A DNA stretch of 64,000 nt from an uncultured cyanobacterium (GCA_963740315.1 CAVUDP010000002.1:2656001-2720000), one strand, 5' to 3'. Numbered from the stretch's first letter, positions 31,651 through 43,458 are shown. Made by a program: numbers and translations. The notes: generated by a model from the sequence alone, not told the origin.

Positions 31651-33441
31651 ATGACGCTCCCAATCCGTAACGTCGCTATTATCGCTCACGTAGACCACGG
31701 CAAAACAACCCTCGTTGATTCCCTACTTAAACAATCTGGCATTTTCCGTGAAGGGGAAGACGTTCCGGATTGCGTTATGGATTCAAACGATTTGGAAAGA
31801 GAACGAGGTATCACGATTCTTTCCAAAAACACCGCCGTTCGCTACAAAGAAACTTTAATCAATATTGTTGATACTCCCGGACACGCTGACTTCGGTGGCG
31901 AAGTTGAACGGGTATTAGGTATGGTGGACGGTTGCGTCCTGATCGTGGATGCAAATGAAGGTCCCATGCCCCAAACGCGCTTTGTGTTGAAGAAAGCTTT
32001 GGAAAAAGGATTGCGTCCGATTGTTGTAGTCAACAAAATCGACCGTCCCCGAGCAGATCCCCACATCGCAGTTGATAAAGTATTGGATTTGTTCTTGGAA
32101 TTAGGGGCAGATGACGATCAGTGTGATTTCCCTTATTTGTTCGCTTCTGGTTTAGCGGGTTTCGCTAAAAACCAACTGGAAGATGAATCTACTGATATGA
32201 AGCCTTTATTTGAGGGCATTTTACGTCACGTTCCACCTCCAGTAGGCGACCCAGAAAAGCCTTTACAATTACAAGTTACAACCCTGGATTATTCTGATTA
32301 TCTGGGACGAATTGTCATAGGTAGAATCCATAACGGTACCATCAACGCCGGACAGCAAGCGGCTTTGGTCAAAGAAGATGGCAAAATTGTCAAATCCAAA
32401 ATTAGTAAGTTACTTGGTTTTGAAGGCTTAGCGCGGGTGGAATTACAACAATCATCTGCGGGTAATCTTGTTGCAGTTGCTGGTTTTGCTGATGCCAATA
32501 TTGGAGAAACCATCACCTGTCCCAACGAACCCCAAGCCTTGCCACTTATTAAAGTGGACGAACCGACTTTACAAATGACCTTCTCGGTGAATGATTCGCC
32601 ATTCTGCGGTCAGGAAGGGGATTTTGTAACTTCTCGACAAATAAGAGATCGTTTGATGCGCGAGTTGCAAACAAACGTAGCTTTGCGGGTTGAAGAAACC
32701 GATTCACCCGATAGATTTAGCGTTTGCGGACGTGGTGAACTTCACTTGGGTATTTTAATTGAAACCATGCGCCGCGAAGGTTATGAGTTTCAGGTATCCC
32801 AGCCACAGGTAATTTACCGCGAAGTCAACGGACAACCTTGCGAACCTTACGAACTATTAGCTCTAGACATTTCCGAAGAAGCCGTTGGTGGCTGTATCGA
32901 ACGACTCGGACAGCGCAAAGGTGAAATGCAAGATATGCAAGTGGGTGGTAACGGGCGATCGCAATTAGAGTTCATCATTCCTGCCCGTGGTTTGATTGGT
33001 TTCCGTGGTGAATTCATGCGTATCACTCGTGGTGACGGCATCATGAACCACAGTTTCCTCGATTACCGTCCAATTCTTGGCGATATTTCCGCTCGTCGTA
33101 ACGGTGTATTGATATCTTTTGATGAAGGTGTTGCTACCTTCTACGCTTTGAAAAATGCGGAAGATAGAGGTTCTTACTTCATTACTCCGGGTACCAAAGT
33201 TTATAAAGGCATGATTATTGGAGAAAATAATCGTCCTCAAGACTTGGAATTAAACGTTTGTAAAACCAAGCAGCTGACAAACCACCGTGCTGCGAGTGGT
33301 GATGAATTAGTTCAATTACAAGCACCAGTAGATATGAGTTTGGAAAGAGCTTTGGAATATATTGGTCCCGACGAATTGGTAGAAATTACGCCAGAATCAA
33401 TTCGCTTACGGAAGATGTCGAAGAAATTTGCGAAGCGGTAA
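31651..33441 (+). CDS. typA: Translational GTPase TypA/BipA
   Basis: [35 protein letters not shown]. Confidence 0.98.
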   Translation: MTLPIRNVAIIAHVDHGKTTLVDSLLKQSGIFREGEDVPDCVMDSNDLERERGITILSKNTAVRYKETLINIVDTPGHADFGGEVERVLGMVDGCVLIVDANEGPMPQTRFVLKKALEKGLRPIVVVNKIDRPRADPHIAVDKVLDLFLELGADDDQCDFPYLFASGLAGFAKNQLEDESTDMKPLFEGILRHVPPPVGDPEKPLQLQVTTLDYSDYLGRIVIGRIHNGTINAGQQAALVKEDGKIVKSKISKLLGFEGLARVELQQSSAGNLVAVAGFADANIGETITCPNEPQALPLIKVDEPTLQMTFSVNDSPFCGQEGDFVTSRQIRDRLMRELQTNVALRVEETDSPDRFSVCGRGELHLGILIETMRREGYEFQVSQPQVIYREVNGQPCEPYELLALDISEEAVGGCIERLGQRKGEMQDMQVGGNGRSQLEFIIPARGLIGFRGEFMRITRGDGIMNHSFLDYRPILGDISARRNGVLISFDEGVATFYALKNAEDRGSYFITPGTKVYKGMIIGENNRPQDLELNVCKTKQLTNHRAASGDELVQLQAPVDMSLERALEYIGPDELVEITPESIRLRKMSKKFAKR

Positions 33442-33813
33442 TTTAGTTGAGAGTTAGGAGTGAGGAGTTAAGAGTTTAATTCCTTGCCTTAATATATCTT
33501 GTGGAACGGGCATCCCGCCCGTTTTTTAATGGGATTAAAAGAGTTTTAACTTCTATAACGTTAAGCAACATTTTCCGCAATGTGGCTGCTATACTTAAGC
33601 GTGATTCCTTTAGCGATTAATAACGGTACAGCTATTAGCAATACCCGTTAGGCGGCATTTGGATCGCCGCTATGCTATAAGTATTATGGTTTCGTCACAT
33701 CGAGGCTATTCGCGCTTGTATATAAGTTCGGACAATAATTGAAATTGTGCGATGTGATATGAGACAATGGTTATTTGTGTTATTATTTGCTGGCTTAAAT
33801 TGTTTGTTTAATT

Positions 33814-34008
33814 ATGGCTAAAAGTAAAGGTGTCCGTATAATAGTGACACTTGAATGTACTGAGTGTCGTAGCAACGCTAACAAGCGTTCCCCTGGAGTT
33901 TCTCGTTATACGAGTACCAAGAATCGTCGGAATACAACTAATCGTTTAGAACTCAAAAAGTTCTGCACGCACTGCAACACGCATACCGTTCACAAGGAAA
34001 TTAAGTAA
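33814..34008 (+). CDS. rpmG: 50S ribosomal protein L33
   Basis: LECTEC...[17 protein letters not shown]. Confidence 0.97.
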   Translation: MAKSKGVRIIVTLECTECRSNANKRSPGVSRYTSTKNRRNTTNRLELKKFCTHCNTHTVHKEIK

Positions 34009-34010
34009 AA

Positions 34011-34226
34011 ATGGCTTATTATCGTCGTCGTCTGTCTCCGATTAAACCAGGAGAACCTATAGATTATAAAGACGTTGATTTGTTGCGTAAATTTGTTACC
34101 GAACGCGGTAAAATACTTCCACGTCGGATTACTGGTTTAACTTCTCAGCAACAGCGAGATTTAACTGCATCAATCAAACGCGCTAGAATTTTGGCTTTAT
34201 TACCTTTTGTCAATGCCGAAGCCTAA
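34011..34226 (+). CDS. rpsR: 30S ribosomal protein S18
   Basis: [26 protein letters not shown]. Confidence 0.98.
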   Translation: MAYYRRRLSPIKPGEPIDYKDVDLLRKFVTERGKILPRRITGLTSQQQRDLTASIKRARILALLPFVNAEA

Positions 34227-34380
34227 ATCAAGGTTTTTTGAGGACACTGCGTTGCTCTTACAGAGTTGAAGCAAGTGTCCCGATTTTTGTATTAAAGATG
34301 GTTTGATTTTGGGATTTTATATATTTATACTTAATAATCCAAAATCTGAAAAATGAAAATTTGAATCAATTACAAGGCTT

Positions 34381-36423
34381 GTGGAAAAGGGGACGCTGGT
34401 AGAATTTAGGAATCAAGGCGAGATCCGTTTGGGTGTGGTAGAGCGTCCAGATGGGAAAAGCCGTTGGATAATGGTAGATGAACGAGGAGGCTCCACCAGT
34501 CTCGCACCGAGACAAGTTACCTACAAAGTCGGAGAAAGCTACAAGCCATCAGATATACCGGATTTTCTGCAACAGGTAAATTCGTATTTAGATCCTTCGA
34601 GTTTAGAAGTGGCTTGGGAATTGCTAGTGGAGGATGGCACCTCTGTTAGTTCCGAAGAAATGGCGAATTTACTGTTTTCAGAAACAGAACCACCTCAAGT
34701 TTATGCAGCTCATTGCTTGTTATCGGAAGATAAAATTTATTTCAAGCAAAAAGGCGAACTTTACGAACCGCGAAGCGCTACAGCTGTTGCAGAACGAAAG
34801 CATCAGTTAGAAGTAGAAGCCCTCAAAGCAAAAGGGCAGCAAGAATTTTTAACAAGGGTACAGCAGGCGCTTGATGGTGAAGCTGTAGAATGGCAAAAGC
34901 ACGATCGCCACAGGTTGGAAGCATTGGAAAAATATGCAGCGTTACTCGCAGATGTAACGCGGGGTGGAGTAAAGTACGATTCCTTGGCTCAGGCTTATCC
35001 TCCACCCGCACAAGTTTTAGAAACGATGACGATGCTCGAACGCACTGCAACACCTCAAGGAGCGTTTCAATTACTCGTCGATTTGGGTTGGTGGAGTCCA
35101 AATGAAAACCTGTTTCTACGTCGTTCCTCAATTCCGGTTCAATTTCCTACTAAGGTACTAGATGTGGCGCATCAACGCTTGAACGCTCCTCCCCCAGATC
35201 CCGACCAAAATCGTTTGGATTTAACTCATCTAAAAGTTTATACGGTTGATGATGAAACGACTACCGAAATTGATGATGGTTTAAGTTGGGAAATGCTTCC
35301 CGATAATCGCGAAAGGGTATGGGTGCATATTGCAGATCCAACGCGATGGCTTGTACCTGAAGACGAATTGGACTTGGATGCCAGAAAGCGCGGCAGTACA
35401 GTTTATTTGCCCACGGGAATGATCCCCATGTTCCCAGAAATATTGGCAACCGGACCAATGAGTTTGATCCAGGGAGAAATCTGTTGCGCCTTGAGTTTCG
35501 GAATTATTTTAGATGATACTGGTGGAGTAGAAGACTACAGCATTCATGCAAGTTTAATCAAGCCGACTTATCGCCTCACTTATGAAGATGTGAACGATAT
35601 TTTGGAATCGGGAGTACGAGAAGAACCCGAAATTGCAGCCCTTGGAAAATGGGCGCTCAAGCGCAAGTCTTGGCGTTACCAGCAAGGAGCCATCAGCATC
35701 AATATGCCCGAAGCTACGATCAAGGTTAAAGACGATGAAGTTAACATCGATTTGTTAGATGATTCTCCTTCGCGAAAACTAGTAGCCGAAATGATGATTC
35801 TTGCTGGTGAAGTCGCGGCTCGTTACGGTAAAACTCATAACATACCTTTGCCTTTTCGCGGTCAGCCGCAACCAGAATTACCACCAGAAGAAGAACTGCT
35901 GCTATTACCCGCCGGTTTTGTCCGTGCTTGTGCCATGCGTCGCTGTATGCCAAGGAGCGAAATGAGCATTAATCCTTTGCGTCATGCGGGTTTGGGGTTA
36001 GAGACTTATACACAAGCAACTTCTCCGATTCGTCGTTACAGTGACTTACTTACCCACTTTCAAATCAAAGCTCATCTCAGAGGCGACGTTCTACCCTTCT
36101 CCGCAGAACAACTGAAAGAAGTGATGATGAATGTTACCAGTATTACTCAAGAAGTCGTAATGGTAGAACGGCAAACTAATAGATATTGGGCATTAGAATA
36201 CCTGCGCCGTCATTTGGATAAAGCTTGGGATACAACAGTTTTAATGTGGTTGAGGGAAGACAGTAACTTAGCACTAATTTTGATAGAAGATTTAGGTTTA
36301 CAGTTACCTATGTTCTTTAAACGTGCCGTAGATTTGGGTGAAGAAATTTTAGTCAAAGTCATTCATGCAGATCCACAAAAAGATATAATTCAGTTTCAAG
36401 AGATAGTTTATCAAGAAGCTTAA
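34381..36423 (+). CDS. Ribonuclease II/R (RNB domain) family exoribonuclease
   Basis: TVDDETTTEIDDG, HIAD, TSPIRRYSDL. Confidence 0.93.
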   Translation: MEKGTLVEFRNQGEIRLGVVERPDGKSRWIMVDERGGSTSLAPRQVTYKVGESYKPSDIPDFLQQVNSYLDPSSLEVAWELLVEDGTSVSSEEMANLLFSETEPPQVYAAHCLLSEDKIYFKQKGELYEPRSATAVAERKHQLEVEALKAKGQQEFLTRVQQALDGEAVEWQKHDRHRLEALEKYAALLADVTRGGVKYDSLAQAYPPPAQVLETMTMLERTATPQGAFQLLVDLGWWSPNENLFLRRSSIPVQFPTKVLDVAHQRLNAPPPDPDQNRLDLTHLKVYTVDDETTTEIDDGLSWEMLPDNRERVWVHIADPTRWLVPEDELDLDARKRGSTVYLPTGMIPMFPEILATGPMSLIQGEICCALSFGIILDDTGGVEDYSIHASLIKPTYRLTYEDVNDILESGVREEPEIAALGKWALKRKSWRYQQGAISINMPEATIKVKDDEVNIDLLDDSPSRKLVAEMMILAGEVAARYGKTHNIPLPFRGQPQPELPPEEELLLLPAGFVRACAMRRCMPRSEMSINPLRHAGLGLETYTQATSPIRRYSDLLTHFQIKAHLRGDVLPFSAEQLKEVMMNVTSITQEVVMVERQTNRYWALEYLRRHLDKAWDTTVLMWLREDSNLALILIEDLGLQLPMFFKRAVDLGEEILVKVIHADPQKDIIQFQEIVYQEA

Positions 36424-36459
36424 TTAATTATTGGGCATTGGGCATTAGATAATAATTAC

Positions 36460-36625
36460 GTAGGGTGCGTGACGGCTACGATAAATTATTGTTAATAATG
36501 AAAATATTGAATATTGTCGTCACGCACTGTAATCAATTCGTCGGTACTTAAATAATTGATAATTGTTAATTGTTAATTGTCTTATAAAATGTAGGGTGTG
36601 TGACGGCTACGATAAATCATGATTA
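36460..36625. repeat. REP-like repeat pair
   Basis: GTAGGGTG(C/T)GTGACGGCTACGATAAAT near 36460 and 36591; inverted arm CGTCACGCAC near 36518. Confidence 0.65.
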
Positions 36626-37006
36626 CCAAATTCTACTTACGAAGTAGCTATCAAATATAACGTCTGCACTAATAATTGAAACTTTCTCTGTCATTGCTTG
36701 TGCAATAAGTAATCTATCGTATGGATCGCGATGGTGCAGTGGCAATGTAGTATAAATAGCTAAATTTGCCATTTTAATCGGCAAAATTTCAATATCATTA
36801 AGCGCAACTTGTTCGGGGATAAAATTCTCGTAGTTATTTGGGAGCGTAAGTTTACCAATATTAACTTTAATCGCTATCTCCCATAAGCTAACAATGCTTA
36901 CCCATACGTCATTATCTGATTCCAACAAGCTCGGTTCTTTAGTACTCAACTGTGGGCTATCATGAATAAACCACAAAAATGTGTGAGTATCAATAAGAAA
37001 TCTCAT
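36623..37006 (-). CDS. vapC: Type II toxin, VapC/PIN domain
   Basis: LIDTHTFLW, SLWEIAIK, HRDPYDRLLIAQA. Confidence 0.92.
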   Translation of the reverse strand: MRFLIDTHTFLWFIHDSPQLSTKEPSLLESDNDVWVSIVSLWEIAIKVNIGKLTLPNNYENFIPEQVALNDIEILPIKMANLAIYTTLPLHHRDPYDRLLIAQAMTEKVSIISADVIFDSYFVSRIW

Positions 37007-37236
37007 TCCATGTACTCACGAAGTTCTTCTAAAGGTGCATCAAAATCATCAGACATCCAAATCAGTCCTTTGGCACTCCCCAATCGCCGTCGTTTTTTTG
37101 GTTGATTTATACGAACTATTTTTAAAATCGGCTCATTGTTCTGAGTAATCACAACTTCGTCACCATCAAGCACTGTTTGAAACAAAATTTCAGGAGAATT
37201 TGTAGCTTGAGATATATCGAAAGTAATGCATATCAA
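37003..37236 (-). CDS. Phd/YefM-like antitoxin; start uncertain
   Basis: GDEVVIT..P..KIV..RRLGSAKGLIWMSDDFDAPL; ATGA overlap with vapC. Confidence 0.8.
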   Translation of the reverse strand: MICITFDISQATNSPEILFQTVLDGDEVVITQNNEPILKIVRINQPKKRRRLGSAKGLIWMSDDFDAPLEELREYME

Positions 37237-37389
37237 CTCAATATTAAATAAATTAATGTACTACTATATCACAATATAGGCGTTGCCTATCGAAGGTATA
37301 AAAATTATCTGATTTGATTTCAAAATCTTTGTAGAGATTATCGTTCTCAACCTGCGCTCAAGCTACCTTCGGAAGGCTACACGAACGTT

Positions 37390-37503
37390 AGTACAGTAAT
37401 CAGTAAATACATCAGCGAAACTGAGAAAAACTTGAGTCAAGTTTTCGATGCAGCGGAGATGGGCAGTGTAATTTTGCTACTTGGCAAGCGTTCCGAAATT
37501 AAA
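37390..37503 (+). pseudogene. AAA+ ATPase remnant
   Basis: STVISKYISETEKNLSQVFDAAEMGSVILL-LGKRSEIK; Walker B segment missing. Confidence 0.75.
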
Positions 37504-37539
37504 ATTGATAACTGGTAATTGATAATTGATAATTGATAA

Positions 37540-37887
37540 ATGAAAACTATTTTTCACATAACTCCACGTCAAGATTGGGAACAAGCGCAAGCAAAAGGAA
37601 TTTACCGGGCTGACTCCTTAGAAACTGAAGGTTTTATCCATTGTTCCACAGCAGCACAAGTTGTAAAAGTCGCAAATTTATTTTTTAAAAATCAAACCGA
37701 TTTACTGCTGCTTTTTATCGATTCCGATCGCGTTAAATCAGAAATCCGTTACGATCTTGTTGCGGAAAATGAGACATTCCCTCACATCTATGGTGCTTTG
37801 AATAATGATGCGGTATTCAAGGCGATCGCGTTTGAGAAGAGTGAAAATGGGTCATTTGAACTACCCAAAGAACTTCAGTTAGAATAA
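37540..37887 (+). CDS. DUF952 family protein
   Basis: IFHIT, SLETEGFIHCST, FPHIYGALN. Confidence 0.9.
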   Translation: MKTIFHITPRQDWEQAQAKGIYRADSLETEGFIHCSTAAQVVKVANLFFKNQTDLLLLFIDSDRVKSEIRYDLVAENETFPHIYGALNNDAVFKAIAFEKSENGSFELPKELQLE

Positions 37888-38648
37888 TTAGATTTATTCA
37901 ATATACCCAACATATGTAAAATTCTCTCCCTACTGTTCATATTTCCCACAATTCGTTTGGTTGGTTTGGGTAAAACTTTAACTAAAGTAGGAGTTGCACT
38001 AACTTGATGAATTTCTGCTTGTTCGGGATGAGTTAATACATCAATCACTTTCAGAGTGTAAGGGCTTCCCAGATATTTTTCTAGCAATTCATGCAGGCTT
38101 TGAAGGATATTTTCGGTATTGGGAGTATGCCCCGCAACGAACAAACGAAGAATATAAGGTTGTGTTTGAGGTTGCATTTTTCTTGCAGTTAATAGCGGTT
38201 GAGAATCAATAGATGGCTGTTCGGATGCTTCCAAACGTACAATTAAATCGTGATTTTCCCATAACTGCTCAAAGGTTGAACGATAGGTTGCTAATACTAT
38301 GCTATCGGATAAACCATCGTGCAAAGGAGTTTTTTGCCAAACTAAATCTCCCGTATTAAAGATAGCATTTAACAAAGCCTGGTAACGTATGACTGCTGGA
38401 TAAGCTTCTGCAAAAATTCTTATTTCCCCAGAGCGTGGATCTCGCCAGTGATCGATAGTCGCTGTATATGCTGGTACCAAAAAATGAGGTGGTTCTGGTA
38501 AATCTAAAATTTGTTGTAAAGCGCTGCATAAATTTGAATGCCATCGACCTTTTTTGCTGGAGTCGATGCAGTAAATCAAATCTCCCCCTGGTGTAAATAA
38601 CGCGATACCTTTGAATAACTTCGGTAAAAGTAATTTATTGGAATTCAA
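37875..38648 (-). CDS. KaiB-domain protein with N-terminal extension
   Basis: C-terminal YILRLFVAG..LKVIDV..PEQAE..ATPTLVKVLP..RIVG. Confidence 0.85.
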   Translation of the reverse strand: MNSNKLLLPKLFKGIALFTPGGDLIYCIDSSKKGRWHSNLCSALQQILDLPEPPHFLVPAYTATIDHWRDPRSGEIRIFAEAYPAVIRYQALLNAIFNTGDLVWQKTPLHDGLSDSIVLATYRSTFEQLWENHDLIVRLEASEQPSIDSQPLLTARKMQPQTQPYILRLFVAGHTPNTENILQSLHELLEKYLGSPYTLKVIDVLTHPEQAEIHQVSATPTLVKVLPKPTKRIVGNMNSRERILHMLGILNKSNYSN

Positions 38649-38792
38649 TGGCTTATACGATTTTGGATTTTAGATTTGGGATTTCTTTAATTTTATGTAG
38701 AGACGTAAAATTTTACGTCTCTAAATTTAATGCTTCTTGATAGAGGTTTAGATATTAGATTACCAATACCCTAAAAATCCTATTACCTAAAC

Positions 38793-40067
38793 TTACACCC
38801 TACCTCGAAGCATCTGCGCCATCTCGTTAGGAGTTGGTGACATTTCTAATGCAGTTTCTTCTGTAATTTGACCTTCTTGGTAAAGGTTGAATAGTGACTG
38901 ATTCATGGTAATCATGCCGTCAAAACTGGCTTGCTTCATCAATTCAGTCATTTCATCGTATTTTGAATCTTTAATCCAGTCTTTGACAGCTTCGGTGTTA
39001 ATTAGAATATCGTGGAAAGCTGCACGTTTACCATCTGTCGTGCGACACAAACCTTGAGAAATAACTGCGACTAAAGACTCAGAGATTGCGACTCGCATTG
39101 GATCTTGTTCTTCACCGGGGAAAAGGTTAAGAATACGTTCGATGGTTTTTACAGCACTGTTGGTGTGTAGGGTTCCCATTACCAAGTGACCTGTTTGAGC
39201 GGCTTTGAGGGCGGTATTAACCGTTTCTCTATCCCGCATTTCTCCCACCAGAATTAAATCTGGATCTTCCCGCAAAGCTGCTTTCAAAGCGTTGTCAAAT
39301 TTGCGGGTATGCATTCCGACTTCCCGCTGTTTAACGAGGGATTTTTGGCTTCGATGAACGAATTCAACCGGATCTTCGATGGTAATAATATGTTTCGCCA
39401 TTTCCCGATTGATATAGTCAATCATCGCCGCCATTGTAGTCGATTTACCCGAACCAGTCGGACCTGTAACTAGAATTAAACCTTTGTGATAGTGACAGAT
39501 ATCTCTAAAAATCGCAGGTAACTTTAACTGCTCCATTGTCAGTATCTTCATTGGAATCAATCGCAGTACCATCCCGTAACCTTTGAGAGAATCAAAAATA
39601 TTGATCCGCACTCTCGCAAAATCGAACTGGGTTGCTCCATCAAAATCTAAGGTTTCTTGAAAGCGCTTAATTTCCTCTTCTGTTAGCGTTTCGCGCAACC
39701 AACTCATGAAAGTTTCTCTATCCGTTTGTGGATAATTGGTTGTTTCTATTTCTCCTCGGTTGCGGAAGCGGGGTATTTCACCGACTCCCAAGTGAATATC
39801 AGAAAATCCTTTTTCGTGAGCTTCCTTAATTAACTGCTCAAAAGTTGGCTGCAAGCTGTTTTTCCCAGGTGTACTCTGAGCCGGTGGTGGTGTTCCCGGA
39901 CGATGAGCAGCAGGATTTATCGTACCACGGCTACCGTTTGGCATTTCTATAGTTTGGGCGGACTGGCGCTGAGTGCTGAGTGTAGACGCTGGTGGCGGTG
40001 GCGGCATCGGAGGCGCACTACGTTGTGCGGCAGAATTGGAGGGCGGACGCTGTTGTGATTGTGTCAT
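38793..40067 (-). CDS. pilT: Type IV pilus retraction ATPase with Pro-rich N-terminus
   Basis: GPTGSGKST, TIEDPVE, ALREDPDLILVGEMRD, TLHTNSA. Confidence 0.93.
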   Translation of the reverse strand: MTQSQQRPPSNSAAQRSAPPMPPPPPASTLSTQRQSAQTIEMPNGSRGTINPAAHRPGTPPPAQSTPGKNSLQPTFEQLIKEAHEKGFSDIHLGVGEIPRFRNRGEIETTNYPQTDRETFMSWLRETLTEEEIKRFQETLDFDGATQFDFARVRINIFDSLKGYGMVLRLIPMKILTMEQLKLPAIFRDICHYHKGLILVTGPTGSGKSTTMAAMIDYINREMAKHIITIEDPVEFVHRSQKSLVKQREVGMHTRKFDNALKAALREDPDLILVGEMRDRETVNTALKAAQTGHLVMGTLHTNSAVKTIERILNLFPGEEQDPMRVAISESLVAVISQGLCRTTDGKRAAFHDILINTEAVKDWIKDSKYDEMTELMKQASFDGMITMNQSLFNLYQEGQITEETALEMSPTPNEMAQMLRGRV

Positions 40068-40632
40068 ATATCCTCGACGATACTAAAATCAGTTTTGTTT
40101 TAATTAGGGATTTGAATTAGCCAAAAGTCTTTTTAAGAAAGGGTTTCATACTTTTACGCGGTTCAAGGCGATCGCCACCACGCTCGGTATCTGTAAAAAT
40201 CGAAATATTCTGCCGAAATAAACATTTGCAGCAGTTTTCACAATGTCCGGAATCAGTTCTTGAAGAAACCACTTACTTGTATTACTTTTTCATTTGACTA
40301 ATTTACTGCGATCGGCGATATAAACAATTTTTCCCTGACATTACAATATTTAACACGCTTTTCACCTCTAAGAAGTACAGTGTAAAAACGTATATTTAGG
40401 ATATAAAATAATACTTACCATATATTAAATAAAAAATTTATTTAAACTGTAGCGATCGAAATTGCGGAAAATTACGGATAAATTACTTTTTGCAAATTCT
40501 GCACCGTCTTTGTAGAAATTAATCTTTAGAAAAAATGGTCAAACAGTTTATTAAAATAGTGAAACGTGGAAAGCACGGATTTTTATTCCGAAAAGCTTAC
40601 TAATAACTGACAATTGATAACTGACCGATAAT

Positions 40633-42795
40633 ATGTCTCAGCATCCCCATTTAGAAAATGCCCTCAAACATCACTTCGGTTATGACAAGTTTCGTTCGCC
40701 GCAGCGGGAAATCATTGTTGAGGCATTAGAAAATCGTGATTTATTGGTTATTATGCCGACGGGTGGGGGTAAATCGCTGTGTTTCCAACTGCCTGCATTG
40801 ATGAAATCAGGATTAACAATAGTAGTATCGCCGTTGATTGCGTTGATGCAAGATCAGGTAGATGGATTGCGAAAAAACGGAATTCCAGCAACTTTTCTTA
40901 ATAGCAGTGTCAGCCCTCATAAAGCGAGAATGCGCGAACAAGCAATTATGAGCGGTAAAGTTAAGTTACTTTATGTTGCACCAGAACGTTTACTCAGCGA
41001 AAGATTTTTACCTTTACTCGATTTAGTGCATCAACAAATTGGTATTTCTGCTTTTGCGATCGATGAAGCCCATTGTGTTTCTGAGTGGGGACACGATTTT
41101 CGTCCGGAATATCGTCAAATGATATCGCTGCGCCAGCGTTACCCCAATGTACCAATCTGGGGACTTACCGCTACCGCTACAGAAAGAGTCCGCGCCGATA
41201 TTATTAAACAATTAGGATTAAATCAACCCAGCGTTCATATAGCTTCTTTTAATCGTCAAAATCTTTATTACGAAGTTCGTCCGAAAAAAAAGAATACTTA
41301 TGTCGAACTTTTGCAACTGATTCGGGAAACGGAAGGTTCGGCAATTATCTACTGTTTAACGCGCAAAAAGGTTGAAGAATTAGCTTTTAAATTACAGCAC
41401 GATAATATTTCTGCCTTACCTTATCATGCTGGTTTGAGCGATATCGAACGTACCGAAAATCAAACCAAGTTTATTCGAGATGATGCCAGAGTAATGGTAG
41501 CAACTATTGCTTTTGGCATGGGGATTAACAAGCCCGACGTGCGTCTTGTAATCCACTTTGATATTTCACGGAATTTAGAAAGTTATTATCAAGAGTCGGG
41601 TAGAGCGGGTAGAGATAGCGAATCGTCAAAGTGTTTGCTGTTTTTGAGTTACAGCGATGTCAAAACTATTGAATGGCTGATCGATCAAAAAACTGACGAG
41701 CAAGAGCAAATGATTGCCAAGCAGCAACTGCGTCAGATGATCGATTATGCAGAAGGTACAGATTGCCGTCGCACGATTCAATTAAGTTATTTTGGAGAAA
41801 GATTTCCTGGCAATTGCGGTAATTGCGATAACTGTTGCAATCCCAAACCAGTGGAAGATTGGACGATTGAAGCCATGAAATTTTTGTCTTGCGTGGCACG
41901 TTGCAAGCAAAGGTTTGGCATGAAACATATTATAGATGTGTTGCGAGGAAGCAAAACTCAGAAAATCCTCGGCAAAGGACACGATAAGCTTTCTACCTAC
42001 GGTATTGGAAAAGATAGAACCCTTGACGAATGGCGAATGTTAGGACGTTCTTTACTGCATCAAGGTTTACTCGAACAAACTACCGATGGTTATGCAGTAT
42101 TAAAACTCAATTCCTTGAGTATGGAAGTGATGAAAAAACAGCTTCCGGTTTCTATTGTTGTTTCCCCCCAGGAAAAAGTCACTGGGAAAGAGCGAAGCGA
42201 GAAAGCAGAACAAGCAGATGTACTATTTCAAAAATTGCGCGAGCTTCGCAAACAGCTTGCGGATGCTCAATCTGTTCCACCTTACGTGATTTTCGGTGAT
42301 TCAACTTTGAGATTAATGACGCAGATGCAACCGAAAACCAAAGATGAATTCAGCAAGCTTGCAGGAGTTGGTACTCATAAACTTACCCAATATGGCGATA
42401 AATTTATTGCGGTAATTAAAGCTTATTTACAAGATAATAGTTCGGTTTCATCACAATCTACTTCTTCAGATGGGGATATTTCATATACTGAATTACAAAC
42501 TTTTGAATTGCACAAACAAGGATTGAGTATCAAAGAAATAGCGAAACAGCGCAACCTTCGTTCTACTACGATCGCTCGCCATCTTTCCGATTTAATTGAG
42601 AAAAATCAACCTGTAGATTTAAATTTAATCGTTCCTGTTGACAAGCAGAAAAAAATTCTTCAAGTCATTGATGCATTGGGAGATACTGCTTTAACGCCAA
42701 TTAAAGAGTATTTAGGTGATAGTTACAGCTTTGAAGAAATTCGTTTGGTAAAGAACAAGTGGAAGAAGGAAATTAATAAGTCTGGGAAGAAATAG
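40633..42795 (+). CDS. recQ: DNA helicase RecQ
   Basis: MPTGGGKS, DEAHCVSEWGHDFRP, QESGRAGRD, CGNCDNC, HRDC domain. Confidence 0.97.
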   Translation: MSQHPHLENALKHHFGYDKFRSPQREIIVEALENRDLLVIMPTGGGKSLCFQLPALMKSGLTIVVSPLIALMQDQVDGLRKNGIPATFLNSSVSPHKARMREQAIMSGKVKLLYVAPERLLSERFLPLLDLVHQQIGISAFAIDEAHCVSEWGHDFRPEYRQMISLRQRYPNVPIWGLTATATERVRADIIKQLGLNQPSVHIASFNRQNLYYEVRPKKKNTYVELLQLIRETEGSAIIYCLTRKKVEELAFKLQHDNISALPYHAGLSDIERTENQTKFIRDDARVMVATIAFGMGINKPDVRLVIHFDISRNLESYYQESGRAGRDSESSKCLLFLSYSDVKTIEWLIDQKTDEQEQMIAKQQLRQMIDYAEGTDCRRTIQLSYFGERFPGNCGNCDNCCNPKPVEDWTIEAMKFLSCVARCKQRFGMKHIIDVLRGSKTQKILGKGHDKLSTYGIGKDRTLDEWRMLGRSLLHQGLLEQTTDGYAVLKLNSLSMEVMKKQLPVSIVVSPQEKVTGKERSEKAEQADVLFQKLRELRKQLADAQSVPPYVIFGDSTLRLMTQMQPKTKDEFSKLAGVGTHKLTQYGDKFIAVIKAYLQDNSSVSSQSTSSDGDISYTELQTFELHKQGLSIKEIAKQRNLRSTTIARHLSDLIEKNQPVDLNLIVPVDKQKKILQVIDALGDTALTPIKEYLGDSYSFEEIRLVKNKWKKEINKSGKK

Positions 42796-43458
42796 TTGGG
42801 AATTGGGCATTGGGAATTGGGCATTGGTAATTGGTAATTATTTTTAGATCCCCCAACCCCCGTATTGTTGGGCAGGGCTTACGAAAGTCCTGTTGATTTT
42901 GCATAAGTGTTTATAAAGCTGCTCGAAGCAACGTAGGTAATATTTATGCTGAGCAAGAATACTCATTTATCAATTAATCATGACATAACTGGTATTCTGG
43001 ATGCCTTTATAAAGCTATTTGAGTCCCATATATCAAGATATCATGACATAAAGATCCCCGAATAGCTGATAAATTCGTAATAAGGAGAAAAAAGCCTTCT
43101 TTACCCCCTTGATCCCAACCAAGGAAATGAAGTTAATATAAGTAGCAAGTAAATCTTCGCTCTTAATTAATGCTTATATCTGACATAAGAAAAACTTTTA
43201 TAACGAAGTAAAAGTTGTGAGAGCAGAAGATTTGAAAGAGAAAGGTTAAAGATCGTAATCTTCTACCCACAGAAGTATTTAACTTTGAACCCTACATTTA
43301 TCTGGTAATTTTCCAGATTGAAGCAAGATAGATTCTTGCATCTAAAATAAGATATCAATTAACAAGTTGATATAAAAAGATTTGGGGTAGATGTAATTAG
43401 ACCGACCTCTCCTTAATCAAAATAAATTTCTTATTTAAACTTTAGGAGGTCTTTACTC

